Below, piece after piece: positions 51,080 to 64,000 of a stretch of DNA of 64,000 nucleotides (positions within the stretch are counted from its first letter, which is position 1; the number at the start of each line of letters is the position of its first letter). The position numbers and the translations under genes were made by a program. The stretch is taken from contig CM119372.1 in the NCBI GenBank assembly GCA_051294905.1, positions 15,130,001 through 15,194,000 on the forward strand, given 5' to 3'. The notes beneath the pieces are model-generated. The model was not told the origin of the DNA and ran no database searches. It saw only the letters and a program-made list of their open reading frames with translations. The DNA is from Botryllus schlosseri. Lineage: Eukaryota.

Positions 51080-52809
51080 ACCTTAGCCTTGATTGATGTA
51101 AACGATTATGTTAATGAAATGTTAGCTGATAATCACGATATGGCATTCTGTAATACAGCATCACGATATCTTGCAATATACCACATTACCACATGGATTC
51201 GCTTGCGAGAACGTTCATCCGTCGTATCACATTTACTCATATACCACCTAAGGTATTTATTAGACTCGACAGGATGTCAGAGTCGTTTGTTGCACATAAT
51301 ATGTAGGTCACTACGCGCACGAACATCTGTTTTCAAAATTCACACACCATACACAGAGTCATTAGTTCGACGAAATACACAATTCGCATCCACGAAGCGC
51401 CACAGCACGCTTTTCTGAAGTTCCGGAGTCTGGTTTATTTATTATATTTCACGAAACAATATAGGCCGCTTTTAGACAACCAAGCAGCTCAAAATGCGGC
51501 TTTAGTGACTTCCGGTGTGTTTAATTGTTCATTATATTTGCATGTCATCAGCGGGCACTTACATACTACCGTGCTTCCAAACATTTCGCGGTAAATCGAG
51601 GTTATTTTTTTACAGTGTATGTTCTTTGGATCGTAATCACATATTGCACGGCAGTGTCAGTGATTTGAAGATGATATACTTTGAATTCGTATTAGATGTT
51701 TGTCGCATATGTTTACTGTTCTATATAAATCCTGGAACGTAGCAATTTAAATATTGAGATACACGTTTGTCTCCATGGTAGCAATGGCAGGTAGGTTGAA
51801 TTTTTTCCAGTAGTATTTCTGTCCTCACTTCTCTTGTTCCGGATTGTGGATTGTAATAAACCCAACTTGTTAGCTGAATTTTAGATAGACGCCTAAGAAA
51901 TTAGCCTTTCATAGAAACCTAATGAGTTTATTCGCCGCGACTCCAAGATTGCTGACCGACCTAGTTAGGTCTTCGACCTTTAAAGTGCGGATTTATCCAT
52001 CATGACGAATGCTATAACAGAAGGCCCGGTACGCACCAACAGTATCGCAGGTAATGTTCGTAGGTTTTGTCTCGTAATGCAGATTACGGATCCAAGGCCG
52101 GATGAGAATTTGGTCGGGTTTAAAAATTTTCACCGGACCTGAAGTGGAAGTAGCTACAAATAGTTCTTATCTGTCACCTTGTTAGCTGCAATAGGATCGA
52201 CAGTTGGTAATTTGATATCCTCGTCCTAGTTAATTATAAGAAACGCTGTTTGACGGTCATTTTACAATAATATGATACATATCCACGACCGAGAGGACTT
52301 GTAATTTTTTTAATCCTCCATGTCAAGGCAAGTGAATTGTCAGGTTGTCGTTACGTTGTGAACCATATGAGAGAGAGAGAGAGAGAGAGCAAGGCAAATA
52401 CTTTTAGAGACTGACATGTCGTATGACGTCACTTGGTATAGACCCAATAATATTGCAAGCATGCCCTGCCCGTAGCCACCAAGTCGATTTGGCGTTCTCT
52501 GATATCTGTAGATATGTAGTTGTAGTTGTGAAGGTTGACTCCTGGTCCGTGTCCACTGCCCATCTTAATATAACCGGGATCATTCCCTAACAAAAGGTTG
52601 GGATCACCACTGAAATAAATATGATACAGTTCGACGGGCGTTATGACATGCTTCTGACCGGTTTACCGCCCCATTGAACAATTACACTCAATGGATCACT
52701 AGACTTGTGTACTGTACATACAGGTATATCTGAATAAGTATAGTATTCCAGCCCATTTTAATATAATCTTGTATGCAGATGTTTAGCTATCTTTAACCCA
52801 CAACGTGTC

Positions 52810-55800
52810 ATGAAGTTATTAGTCAGTTACAAAAATTCCAATAAGATCGTGGAAGTGACCGACAAATCGGATGTTAAAATTGCCGTCGAGAATGCTTTCA
52901 AAGAAGAACTACAGAGCCGTCCATTTACGATACAGTATTATATCAAAGAGTTTGATGATTTCGTTGACTTGGAATTCGCCAAAATTAAAGATTTTGGAAA
53001 AATGAGACTACTTCCGCGAGACTGCGTGACTACCAGTAAGTCCTCATGATTTTTCATGTAACCCTGTTAGTCATCACAAGGGCAAGTTTTTGCAACTCTT
53101 GCAACATTTTTACAGCTTCCAGAAGCTTCCTAAATGCTCAGAATATATGTAGTAAGAAGTTTTAAGCCGTTTGGAGGAATTTTATAATGCAACTTTTTCT
53201 ATTTTTTTCAGGTGAATTTTTAGTGCAACTTTTATCAAGTATTGCGCAAAATGTGAAGGAGTAATTTAAAATTCATGCTATTAACTATTTCTAGTAAGGC
53301 TCTTTTTTGATTTGCTTTAAAAAAAGCCATGTGATGGATTAGCTGCATTTCAATATTATCTATGACGCATACAATGACGACCTGCAAGATAGAAGTTCAA
53401 CAATCCCAGCCAAGCACGACCGTGTTAAAACTATATGTAAAAATATTGCTTGATTGATTCACATCCGATTAAATATGAGGTCCTCTCCCATTTCACGGAC
53501 GCCCATGCGAGACCGCTGAATATTACAGATTCACTAGGTCACCTTTTCAGGCTATTGATTTTGCTTAAAGTCTCTAACACTAAGTTTTTCGACAATGCCT
53601 TATACTAAGTTTGCAGGCCTTGGGGGTTTGGGGTATGGTACTCGACTTGTTTTATGGATTATCGCTTTGCTGTTTGGCTTGCTACGGAAAGTTGTCTCCG
53701 GAACTCTGTTATTTTCTAGCTGCGTACCGAAAAAAATGTAGTTTTTGACGGTCTCGCCAGGCTATTTATAAAATAGGGAGGTATTACCGAATTTGACAAC
53801 TCTGCAAGAGCTAACAGTGAAATTGTAGCGGTCAGTGCAACTACTTGTTGCAAGACACGCTGGTATAGTGCTTGATTGGAGTCGACGATACGGCTACAGT
53901 TCCTGTTGTACGCATTAGGTCGACTGTTTATTGACCGCTCTGAGTACTCTTGCAATCCTGATCACGCACGCAGATCCAAGGAGCTTTCTTTTATAGCACA
54001 GAACAGCCAAATAGTAGTAATTAGTGGTCAGAAACTTGTAGATCTACCAGGATCAAATCATACTGCAACATATTACCGAATACAGAAAGAACAAAGTTAG
54101 ATGTATCTAATTGTCTGTATATGACTCTATGGCTGAAGCGCGAGCACGCCCGCTACGGCGCTACACTGGCGATCTCTCAAAGCACGTGCTTCGCACACTA
54201 CTTTATCGAAAGGGAAATGAGAAATGAGGTTAGGTGCAGGGTTACTTGGGAAGATTATTGGCACCCTGCTGGGACAGCGGTTACAAAAATGCTGTCATGT
54301 CCGTTTCAAACCTGAAGAACATATAAATGTATGCATGATCGAGTGAATATCGAAGAAAGAAACGAAACAAGCAGATATCCTGCAAATCTTGAACTATGTT
54401 GGATTATACAACGGAACCTTTTGAGTATCTCATACCCTAATAATTCTAATAATTCTAATTAGGTGCAACTCTCCCACGATTTTAGTGCAACAAAAACTTG
54501 GCCTAGTCATCAGTGTTTGGTTTGACTGGCGCACTGTAGTTTCCACAAAATACCTGTAAGGTCGAGGTTAACTTTGAAAAATGATTATCGAGCAGCGGTT
54601 GGACACGTTTTGTTTGTTGTAATTTTTTTGCAATTACTTTGCCATTTTGCGACTCCTTAAAATTCAAATAATGCATAGGGAAATATGCAAAAACCATACC
54701 AAATAATTAAGAATCAAAAACGTACAATATAGTTAATGATTATCGGCACTAATGTAGGCCTACTTGTTTTGCTGCGAATAAATCATAATTGTTCGGTTTG
54801 GTTATGGATAGTGCAACTCTTTCGTATACTTCATACAAAGGGTTTCGTTATATTTTTAAAATGTTCATATCAAGTATAGTGTAAAACGCGGTCCATACAC
54901 TCAGGGTCAAAACGGCACTTTGTCAGCGCGCACAAGAGGAGGATTAATCAAACTTCTCGGGGGGAGTTTCTCCCAATGACCCTGTTTGTATTTACGGACC
55001 ATTCCATCGCTTATATCCAACCCCTATGAAAACGATTACACAAAATTAACAGTGATCTATATCCGAAACGCTACAAATTACATGGTTCACGAATGAGCCA
55101 CTGGAATAGCTAAGGGTGAACGAGAGACTTATGTATATGATCATATCGACTTACGACGCAACAAAATGAAGGGCAATATTGCTGTGAAAAGTTATTGTGA
55201 AACTGGGCATTCGTATTCCTGTCACGCAAAGCGCGACATGTTTTTTTAAATATATGAATGACTATTGTCAATAATAATGGTACTTGTGTATATTACATAT
55301 ATTACTATCAATTTATGACCCCTTCTCAGCTCACATGATCAGAATTTCCGGTAGTGCTGATATAGGTGGTATTTTCTAAAGTGTTCGGGTTCAAGGTCAC
55401 TGAGAGTGTAGCGCCAATGACTCCATCCAAGCGGCGCGATTCGCAATATCAATGATCTTTATAAAGACGTAGTTATGCGGTAGAATAGCACGCTGCGTAG
55501 GCCTATATTGGCTAGAATAAGCTATATTTATAGCGACTCCTGATTGAACTGCCTTCGATCAACAACGGCTCTGTGGAAGCCATATGTCATGTACACTCTA
55601 ACAATGTGACAAGACAGCCGCAAAATGATGGAGATAAATCACAGCGAAGGTTCTCGATAGTTGTTTGCCAACAAAACAGAGTCGAGCAGCTTAGCTGTTT
55701 GCATTCGAAACCATCGGTACATAATAAAACTTTTACAACAGGGGTCGGCGACCACCGTCACGCGTGCCATTTGCGGCAAGCGAGATAATTTTACAATAGT

Positions 55801-58800
55801 ATATTCATATTGAAATGAATCCGAATATTTTCGGCTGACACTCGTCAGAGGTAATCGTCAGCAACTGGTAGAGAATTGGAAAGAACATTGTATATCAAAA
55901 TTTCCAATTCTCTACTATAGTTGCTGACGATTACCCCTGACCAGTGTCAGCCGAAAATATTCTGGTTCATTTCAATATGAATATACTATTCAATTGTATA
56001 TTGAAGTTCTGTACCTCCAAGAAGCTCTTTGAGATGATTTTTCTTGGCACGCCAAATAATTCCACGCAAACGACATATTAAGACCATGTTTTTGCAATAA
56101 AGTGGAACATAAAATTTTCAAAATGTACAAAGCTCGTACGCGATCTAAAATTATCTTGTAAATCAACATAAAATAGACGGTCTTTTAGTTCAGATTTCAC
56201 TTATCCTGAATTTTTTTCCTCACTTCGCGCGATTTATTACAGCCCGATCTCTTGATTATAATGTGGAAACCCCCAATAAATAAATAGAGGTGTATATCGA
56301 AAATGTTTTTTTAAAATGTGCATAATGTAACGAAATGAGTCGACCGTATTAGCAGTTATGATAGAACGTCAACCGAATATCGTATGAAACCGTTTGGATG
56401 CTTTAGTCCCGGAGTGTTCACTGTGCACTGTGCAGCAATTTCACGCTATAGAAGACAATCATGATGGAACGCATAAATCAGCATGTCCCTAGATTTATTA
56501 GAACACGCGTATCACGCTCGGTGAAAAGCTCACCCTTGACTCATCCGCTCAAGATTTTTGTGGAACGATCAAAGGCCTTAAATTATGCTATTGGCAAACA
56601 TTTGTTGGATAATCCCACCTGTGTGAAAATTGTCGAGACGACTTACATTTGTGTGCCTTGGAGTCGACTTTTATCAAAATACACCAGCCAAGGCTATGTC
56701 AACAACGAGAGTTCGTGTACCATATAAAAATAGTACATTGAACGCTCTCGTATTCGACATTTCATGCTGGTGACGTCATATTTTGTGATACGATTGTTGG
56801 TATTCGGGTTCATTTCAATATGAATATAATAATCAATTTTAATGAAAGTATATACCGGTGTAGTCAGACCCACACTTTTATCGTAAAGAGTGTGTATTCG
56901 CACCCAAAGGGTGGTACACGTCACCAGATCCCAACTCAGAGTGATATCGCGGTTATAAATTATACGGGCCTACGTGCTCGTGCATGCCTTTGTACGTCAA
57001 TACGTGCAAGCGTGATTTGGATTAAAATGCTGTGTTAGTTTGTTTGTTTTGTGGTATTCATGGTGTTTGTCGACTACTATGGTCATTTACACTAGGCCAG
57101 GGGCGGGCAACATACGGCCCGCGAAGGGATTTTGTCCGGCCCGCGGACAGTTTTCCGTCTTACTGCCGAGATTCCCCACTACTTGCTTACTACGTCAAAT
57201 TTTAGTGACTATGTTACTTTATACGTGCGTGCGCAGCGTGCTAGAGTGGAGCTTCCGCGTAACTTCGTCGAAGCGGGAAGACTTGCATTATCGGCATTTA
57301 CGATGCACTCAACCCTAATGTCGTTTGTGGTAATCATGGTGTTTGTCGACTACAATAGTCATTTACACCAGTCTGATATTTCTTATTTTTGATTCAGTAA
57401 CCGCCGACTTGTAGCCCGGCACATTTCTAGGCTTTTGTAAGACACCGCTTATGCCAGGGGTCGCCAACTCAAAACGGGTCGCGAATAGGGCTGGGCACAA
57501 TGATTCGAGTACTCGAATCTGAATCGAGTATTAATTTTGATGATTCGAGTCGAGTAGTAAAAGACGATTTTTTCGAGTACTGAAATTATACGCTCCACGC
57601 AACAGAAAGTTAATTTACTAACGGGAGTTATAGTTTTGATACTATTTTGCAATAAGGAAGCCTTAAAACCTTGATTGGCGGTATCGCAGCATACGAGACA
57701 GTACAAAGCTAGGGACATTACTGGCAATAACACACTTCCGAAGTCATGATCATCCCACCACATTGTCAAGAAGTGCAATGAAACCGGGATGGTCGAAAAA
57801 GTACCAAAGTATCTTTAATGTGACGGATAAGAGGCATTATGTTCTTCGTGGGGGCATAAAAGGTACATATTTGAACTTTGACATAGTACATTCGGTTGTG
57901 ACGTCATAATGAGTGATACTCGAATACTCGACTCGACTCGAAGCATTTTACGTGATTCAGAATCGAATCACCCAGGTACTCGATTTTGCCCAGCCCTAGT
58001 CGCGAACCACTTTTCAAATTTCGTAGAGGACGCGGCCATATGAATTCAATATCGAGATTAATTGGGCCACAGTTGAACAACGACGCTATCTCGTCACCTG
58101 CTCAAACCTAATGAATTGATATCTTGGTAAATTTGGGGTACCGGGCTTATCGAACGCCTTGAAATCTTGATTAAGGATTGCACCGTGTGTTGGTTGATTG
58201 ATCAGAAAGAAGCATACATAGCCGCGCCTGTATGACAATGCATTTCTCAAATTCACATTGTATTCGTCATTATCGGCGAGAAATGACTTTGAAGTGACAT
58301 TGCTGTCGTTAAAATACATTCATTGAATACAATTTATTCCTTGTATATGTGTATAAATGGGCGAATAATGTATCGATTCAGCAATCCGGCCCGCCAAGAA
58401 CTTCATTTTCTTATATCCGGCCCGCCGACTGGAGAAGTTGCCCGCCCCTGCACTAGGCCGATATTGTTCATTATTTTCCGTAACTGCCGACTTATAGCGC
58501 GGCCCACCTCTAGGCTTTTTGTAAGACACCGCTTACGCGGATGAGGTGGCGAGGAGGAGCCTAGGTAAACCTCCAACACTTAGGCTGTGTTAGAGTTATA
58601 CCGTGGTGTAAGTCTGAGATATGTTTTGGTTTCGCGTACCAGGGGCTTATATTCACACTCGAGTCGCACGGGGTGGTACACGGGTGAGAATACACTCTTT
58701 TACGCTAAGACTGCCGGCCGACTCGTCATATTAAAGGATATACTTTGTAACATCTCGAATATCTCAGGAAACTCGAAGATCGAAGACGAATCAAAGAGGG

Positions 58801-61098
58801 AAAACATATGTAATTTTAACAATGCTGTGATAGACAAGATTATTATTCCCGGCCATGGAAGTCCTACAAATCAGGGTTCGTATAATCTGATCTGCTCGAT
58901 ATTATGCAGTTGATGTAAGGTTTGTTGTCTCATATTGATGATGATCGTGGGGTTAAAATGTTGTTCAACTATTTTTGGTTCGTACAAAATTGCGATAACT
59001 TACGGAAATTTAACTTCCAAATGTCCGAATAAATCCTTTGGCTAAAATCCGTAATATCCGTAAATTCACGTGTTATATTCTCTATGTAGCGGAAATCAAT
59101 GACGAAAATTTGGTGAAGACCGTCAACTACCATACCAAAAAAATGACTTCAGTTGACCTACTGGTAGACTTTGAGCTCGAAAAGCTTCATGAACCCAACT
59201 TCTCAGTTTACCCGCAGATGTTGAAAATTGACGTCGACAATTATTACAAAGGTCATCTCGGGACAAAATATTTGGACGAAACCCTGGGAACTCATAAATC
59301 TAGAAATGATACTTTCCATAATCAGTTGACGAAAGAAGTTGGTTTTAAATCTCCGGAACCAAATGAAGACAAAGTGATCAATGCGGAAAATTTCATGGCA
59401 TCAATATGGAATATGGATGAGTTGGTTCCAGATGATGAAATTGGTTTTACTGCTATCGTTGCATCAGCGGGATCTGGAAAAACGACTCTCATGCGAAGAA
59501 TAGCTCTACAAGCGCTCAGCAAAGAAAGTGACAAGGATGCAGGCTTATCCAGCTTACCAAAAATGGTTCACTATATCGATTTGAAAAACATCGAAGAGGA
59601 GAAATTTATTAAACCCTCCCATTTTCTATTCCGCGGTCTTTACCAAACTGAAGATGAAGAGAATCAGACGTACGAATGGCTGCTTAGTCACCAAACTCGC
59701 ACAATTTTGATCTTTGATGGGCTTGATCAATCTAGATGGGATTTTGATGCAAGAAGTCTCCGAAAAATCAGGAAGTTCGAACGAGCCAGCACCTCGACAA
59801 TCATGTACAACATCCTAGCTCGCAATATACTTCGCCATGTTAAAATCTTCATTGCTTCTCGTGAATACAAGATCTCAGAGTTGCCAGCGTTAGCCCGACC
59901 TCAGAGAATCATCGCATTGAATGGCCTCACCAGTGAAGATTCCAAACGACTTTTCATTTTCCTGCTCGGAGAAAACGGCGAAGAACTCTGGAAGAAAATC
60001 GAGCCGATGTCACCACGTTTACTGCAATTAGTTGCGGTACCGGTTTTTCTGATTCTAACGGCGATTGTGATGGGGAGGGACCCCAGCAGAAATCCTCCAA
60101 CTACAATCACAGAACTGTACACCAGGATCATATCAAATCTTCAGAGCGTGGAGAACATCAGAAATCGGGAACAAATTGTTGCGATAATCAACAAATTGAA
60201 AGCAATGGCATTTCAAGGCATGGAGGAAGGCAAACTGATATTTTTCGAGGCGGACCTGACGAAAATCGATCTTTCAGCAGAAGAAGTTCAGGATCTGATG
60301 ACAAAAGTTCCGGGAAACAATCTCCTCAGTCGTCATTTGATTGAGGGCAATTTCAAATTCTTTTTCTGCCATCAAAGTATTCAAGAATTTCTGGCTGCGA
60401 GTTTTGCCGCCGAAATGGAATATTATGAATTCTCGCGATACGATGCCAGGTATCAACGAGACACTCGTTGGTCTGTTGTCCGAAGGTTCGTTACGGGAAT
60501 TGTCTTCTCCAAATCAAAGACTAACGAAGGTCAGGCAACATATATTGATACTCGATCAGATATATCAGACGATTTCAGGCTTGCACAAATAATATTTCAT
60601 TAGGCTTCTTGAGAATCTGAAAATTTCCACTACTAATATTGGTGTTGCGAACGGAAGAGCATATACGAATATAACGATATACAAAGATGCGATCATATAG
60701 ATTCAAGTCTAGCTTTCTCCACATTAAGCATGGATTCAAAATATCGTCATTTTTGCGATTTACCAATCCACTAATATGAATATTACGTCACAGTGCCTGA
60801 TCAGCCGAAGAAACAGCAGATTATTTCGCGTTCGATTCTCCAACAACTGAACAAAACAACGGAAAGTTTCACTCGTATGGAACTGTACACCTTGATTTAC
60901 GAAGCTGACAACAGAAAACTGATGAAAAATCTTTCTGTAATCGACGTGTCAGTGATCTCATTAAGTCGTGATCAAGCGCATATCGTCGGGTCACTGATTG
61001 CACGAAGTGGTCGTCTCGAAGCTCTCAATTTGGGCAAATGTCACATCGACGATAATGATCTGCATGTCATCGCAAAATATATTATGGATCACATACAG
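52810..61098 (+). CDS. NLR (NACHT-LRR) gene; exons 52810-53035, 59090-60529, 60794-61098, probably continuing beyond the window
   Basis: Walker A IVASAGSGKTT, Walker B ILIFDGLDQ, ASRE, VPVF, FCHQSIQEFLAA; LRR-like LEALNLGKCHIDD. Both introns are phase 1 at donor and acceptor (acca|gtaagt…atgtag|cg; gaag|gtcagg…cacag|tg). Linkage of the first exon is inferred. Confidence 0.8.
53078..54505. mobile_element. hAT non-autonomous element, longer relative of 42681-43076
   Basis: aagggcaagtttttgcaac … aaaaacttggccta; TSD gtcatcac/gtcatcag. Confidence 0.75.
55795..55990. repeat. ~196-bp near-perfect palindrome (foldback MITE)
   Basis: aatagtatattcatattgaaatgaa…gagaattggaaa / tttccaattctc…ttcatttcaatatgaatatactatt with a short loop. 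Confidence 0.8.
56400..56730 (+). mobile_element. Degenerate Penelope-like retroelement fragment (C-terminal part of the GIY-YIG endonuclease region)
   Basis: RINQHVP…AIGKHLLDNPTC, then frameshifted LESTFIKIHQPRLCQQREFVY, typical of Penelope C-termini. Confidence 0.6.
57098..58450. mobile_element. hAT-Charlie MITE in the NLR intron, with nested insertions
   Basis: TIR caggggcgggcaac / gttgcccgcccctg; perfect TSD cactaggc. Inserted into a short dispersed repeat also seen inverted at ~63755-63915. Confidence 0.85.
57486..57998. mobile_element. hAT MITE nested in the previous element
   Basis: TIR tagggctgggca / tgcccagcccta; perfect TSD gtcgcgaa. Confidence 0.88.
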
Positions 61099-61177
61099 GT
61101 GTGTAATGAATTAACCAAGGCTGAATTTAACGATAGCTTTATTTTAGAATTATGACTGTTTTGTGGTTAGGTACACC

Positions 61178-62534
61178 CAGGGCCGTAACTGCCGCACCCC
61201 TAACCCCCCAATGGGGGGGGGGGCAAGTTCGAAGGGGGGCCCAAAAGTAGTTCGTGAATAAGCCAAATCATAGAGTATTTTTTGAAAATATATGCAATTC
61301 TTTCAAAAATTTTTCGCGCGATTCCGGGTTGCTAAATATCTTGGTTACTGGGTACTCTTCCCCCAAGGAAAAATACGCCAGATTGATAGAAATGGGCATA
61401 TCGGCGGTGGCTATTACCGCGTCACGACGCACCAAGACATATAAAGTTTTAGGTCATGTAACATGCGACTCCAAGAAGTGTGCCAGAACGATCGGCAGCG
61501 AGAAAACCTTGGCCGAAAAGGACTGCCCTTATGCTAACCTAAAACTTCGTTACATATACAAAATACACATATGCATAATCGTCCATAGGCGCTTAAATGA
61601 CTGGCGCCGAATGTTCCTGTCTTGGCAATCTGAACCTCATAAGACAAATACCATCCCACAGGGAAAAATTATATGCCAGTGAGGAAATACCAATTTGAAA
61701 TCGTGTGATCTTTTAGTTTAGTACGTTTGGGCGATTGCATATTTTTTCTATATAGCAGAACGGAGGTCACGAAATATCATCATGTAACGAAAAGTCATAC
61801 CAACGGGTCCACCCACCCGAAGATGTTTAATTGTTATTTATCGGCCCTATAGTTTCCAAGACACCTCACTCAGCTCCATCGGTAAATCTGATTACGTGAG
61901 CAGAGAGGACAAGAAAATGATAGCAATATATATGCAATTCCCGATCTTATTGACCGTTTTTATCATGAAATATCGAAAATTTTCGCGCGTTGCGCTGGTT
62001 CACTGAACAAGACAACTGTGGTTTCGTGGCAGAAGCGAACAACGGGGCGAGGGGTTCGGTTTATCACTGTATGAGAGCCCAAGACTCAAGTTTTGTTTTT
62101 TTTGTTTTTTTTGGGGGGGGGGGACTGACGAAGTGGTGTTTCGTTCCTGCCAACGGGTATACACCCGAAGATGTTTAATTATTATTGAGGGGTCCTACCT
62201 TTTCAAACACACCTCTCGCAGCTCTACCAGTAAATCAGATTACGATAGGAGAGAGGGAGAGAGGGGATAAAATTTGATTGCAATATATGCAATTCCTGAT
62301 CATACTGACCGATTCAATGCTAAATTATGGAAAATTCTCGCGCTTCGCGCGGTTAGGCGAGAAAAGCCGACTCACTAAACAGTCGCTCAAACTCGCTGAC
62401 AAGTACCAATAAACAGGGTATAGCCTGAGGGGGGTCTGGGTGGCGAGGCCTCCCAGAAATTCGGTTTATCATCCTTAGGGGGCTCAAGACCAACGTTTTT
62501 TTTGGGGGGCTGACGAAGTGCTGCTATGGCCCTG
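61178..62534. mobile_element. hAT (Tip100-like) MITE
   Basis: TIR cagggccgtaac / gctatggccctg; perfect TSD ggtacacc. Confidence 0.9.
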
Positions 62535-62557
62535 GGTACACCCCGTTTCTCGTAAAA

Positions 62558-63066
62558 AAGGGTTGTACTGACTCGAGAAAGGATTTTTGGTGACTTCGAC
62601 TTTCAAATGCGTAAAATGACTCGGCCCGAGTCAATTTTTGTATTGACTCGACTTGTACTCGAGTCATTGTGCATGACTCGAACCAGGTCATGTGACTCGT
62701 GACTAGGAAGGCCAAGACAGAGATTTCATTGTAACTTCGAAGAATAGAAGGTCAGCACATTACGGGTATTTCGACTGAGGAGAACTACGATCTTATGAAT
62801 GCGAGCCATTCTATGTCACTCGAGTAGAGTTGAAAAAAGTGGGTTGAACAGAATTGAACTCAAAACTGAACAGTGAACACAGTGACTTGGACTCATACTG
62901 GAGTCACAACACTATAACTCCGACTTGACCCTCTAGTCAATGACTAGGACTATAGGACTTGACTCAGTGGGAATTGAAAATGACTCGACTCGACTTGACC
63001 CAAGTTATAACTATGAAAGTGAGATTGACCTGTACCTCGGAACCTTGTGACTTGTTTACAACCCTG
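62558..63066. mobile_element. hAT-like MITE with GACTCG subterminal repeats
   Basis: agggttgtac … tacaaccctg ends; many gactcg/cgagtc motifs. Confidence 0.55.
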
Positions 63067-64000
63067 AAAAATAGTGCCGTATGATAAATCTGACCAGAGA
63101 TCATGATAACGTGTCACGATGGCATTCGGATGCATGAGATACCGACTATTATGGATCACTATCTTGAATAATCGCCTACTAATTTAAGCAATGTTAAGGT
63201 TCTCAAATTGACAACTACAACCGATCATGACGTTGAACTGATGAATAGAGGTGACATCATCTACGTAAGGGGCAAAGGTATTGTGGGGCACTTTGACGGG
63301 AAGGTGAGATAAAAAGTGGAGTTTTGTTGATATTTTTCCAACTATACATGTTTGTTTGCCACGTGTAACATACATATATTAACGGGCTTATCGAGTTGTG
63401 CAGAGGTCGGCAACCCGGGGCTCGCGACCGCATGTTCAGGCTATATGTCATGCATCTGCTGCGTCTCTTCGTGCGTTTGAACTTTAAAGTAAATTAATGC
63501 TATATTGGAGAAATAATTTAAATGAAATAACATTTCTCTTTAGATATTTTGCTTTTCCAATGAATGTTTTCGTTTATTTCATGTCGCGGAAAGAAAGACT
63601 AATTAGCATAGTATCAGTCGCAATTTATGCAAGACATTTCATTTCCAAATTGATTGCGACGTTTCATGAGACATCAGTCCAATACGACATAATTTTGGGA
63701 ATCATCAGGAAACGATTCAATCGCATCAGCACCGAAGTGTTATAGGTTTATCTATAGGCTCCACCTCGCCACCTCATCCGCGTAAGCGGTGTCTTACAAA
63801 AAGCCTAGAAGTGGGTTGTGCTATAAGTCGGCAGTTACGGAATAAAAACGAAGAATATCGGCCTGGTGTAAATGACCATTAGTCGACAAACACCATGAAT
63901 ACCACAAAAACAAAAATCGCATCAGCGCTGGCCACCACCGAAGAGATGTCAATTGAAGTGCGCAACAACCGCATGCAGCTGTGTGTCATAAACTTGTGTT

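Noticed and set aside
52368..52389. (GA)n and (CA)n (31654-31683) microsatellites
   Set aside because: Ordinary simple repeats.
59038..59089. ORF-track start of the NACHT protein (and its tail 60530-60603)
   Set aside because: Intronic; phase-compatible splice sites at 59089 and 60530 explain the real boundaries.

Overview
Eukaryotic, AT-rich, intron-containing animal DNA. Short GT-AG introns, hAT MITEs, I/Nimb LINEs and an NLR suggest an invertebrate deuterostome such as a tunicate (inference only). Contents: (1) 1-12 kb, the 3' part of a many-exon gene for a Lys/Glu/Ser-rich protein with a C-terminal globular domain. Its 3' part is duplicated tail-to-tail as an inverted, lesion-bearing copy at 15.2-19.8 kb. 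(2) From 20.3 kb, a two-exon gene missed as such by the ORF track (TATA, exon 1 MFNLQLHKAI, phase-0 intron) encoding a Gly/Asn/Ala/Asp beta-rich repeat protein. Its coding repeat runs on as a frameshifted 125/128/137/141-bp tandem array that can be traced to 47.1 kb, where it flips into an inverted copy of the long coding units. (3) The array is broken by at least six direct insertions: an unclassified 1-kb insert, a CACTA/EnSpm-like element, two different I/Nimb LINEs head-to-head (one nearly intact), and two hAT-type elements. Several carry further nested transposons, many with readable TSDs. (4) 52.8-61.1 kb, a spliced NACHT-LRR (NLR) gene whose phase-compatible first coding exon looks like a PB1/ubiquitin-like domain rather than a death fold. 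Many MITEs and a Penelope fragment fill the introns. TE family names come from terminal motifs recalled from general knowledge, not from a database search.
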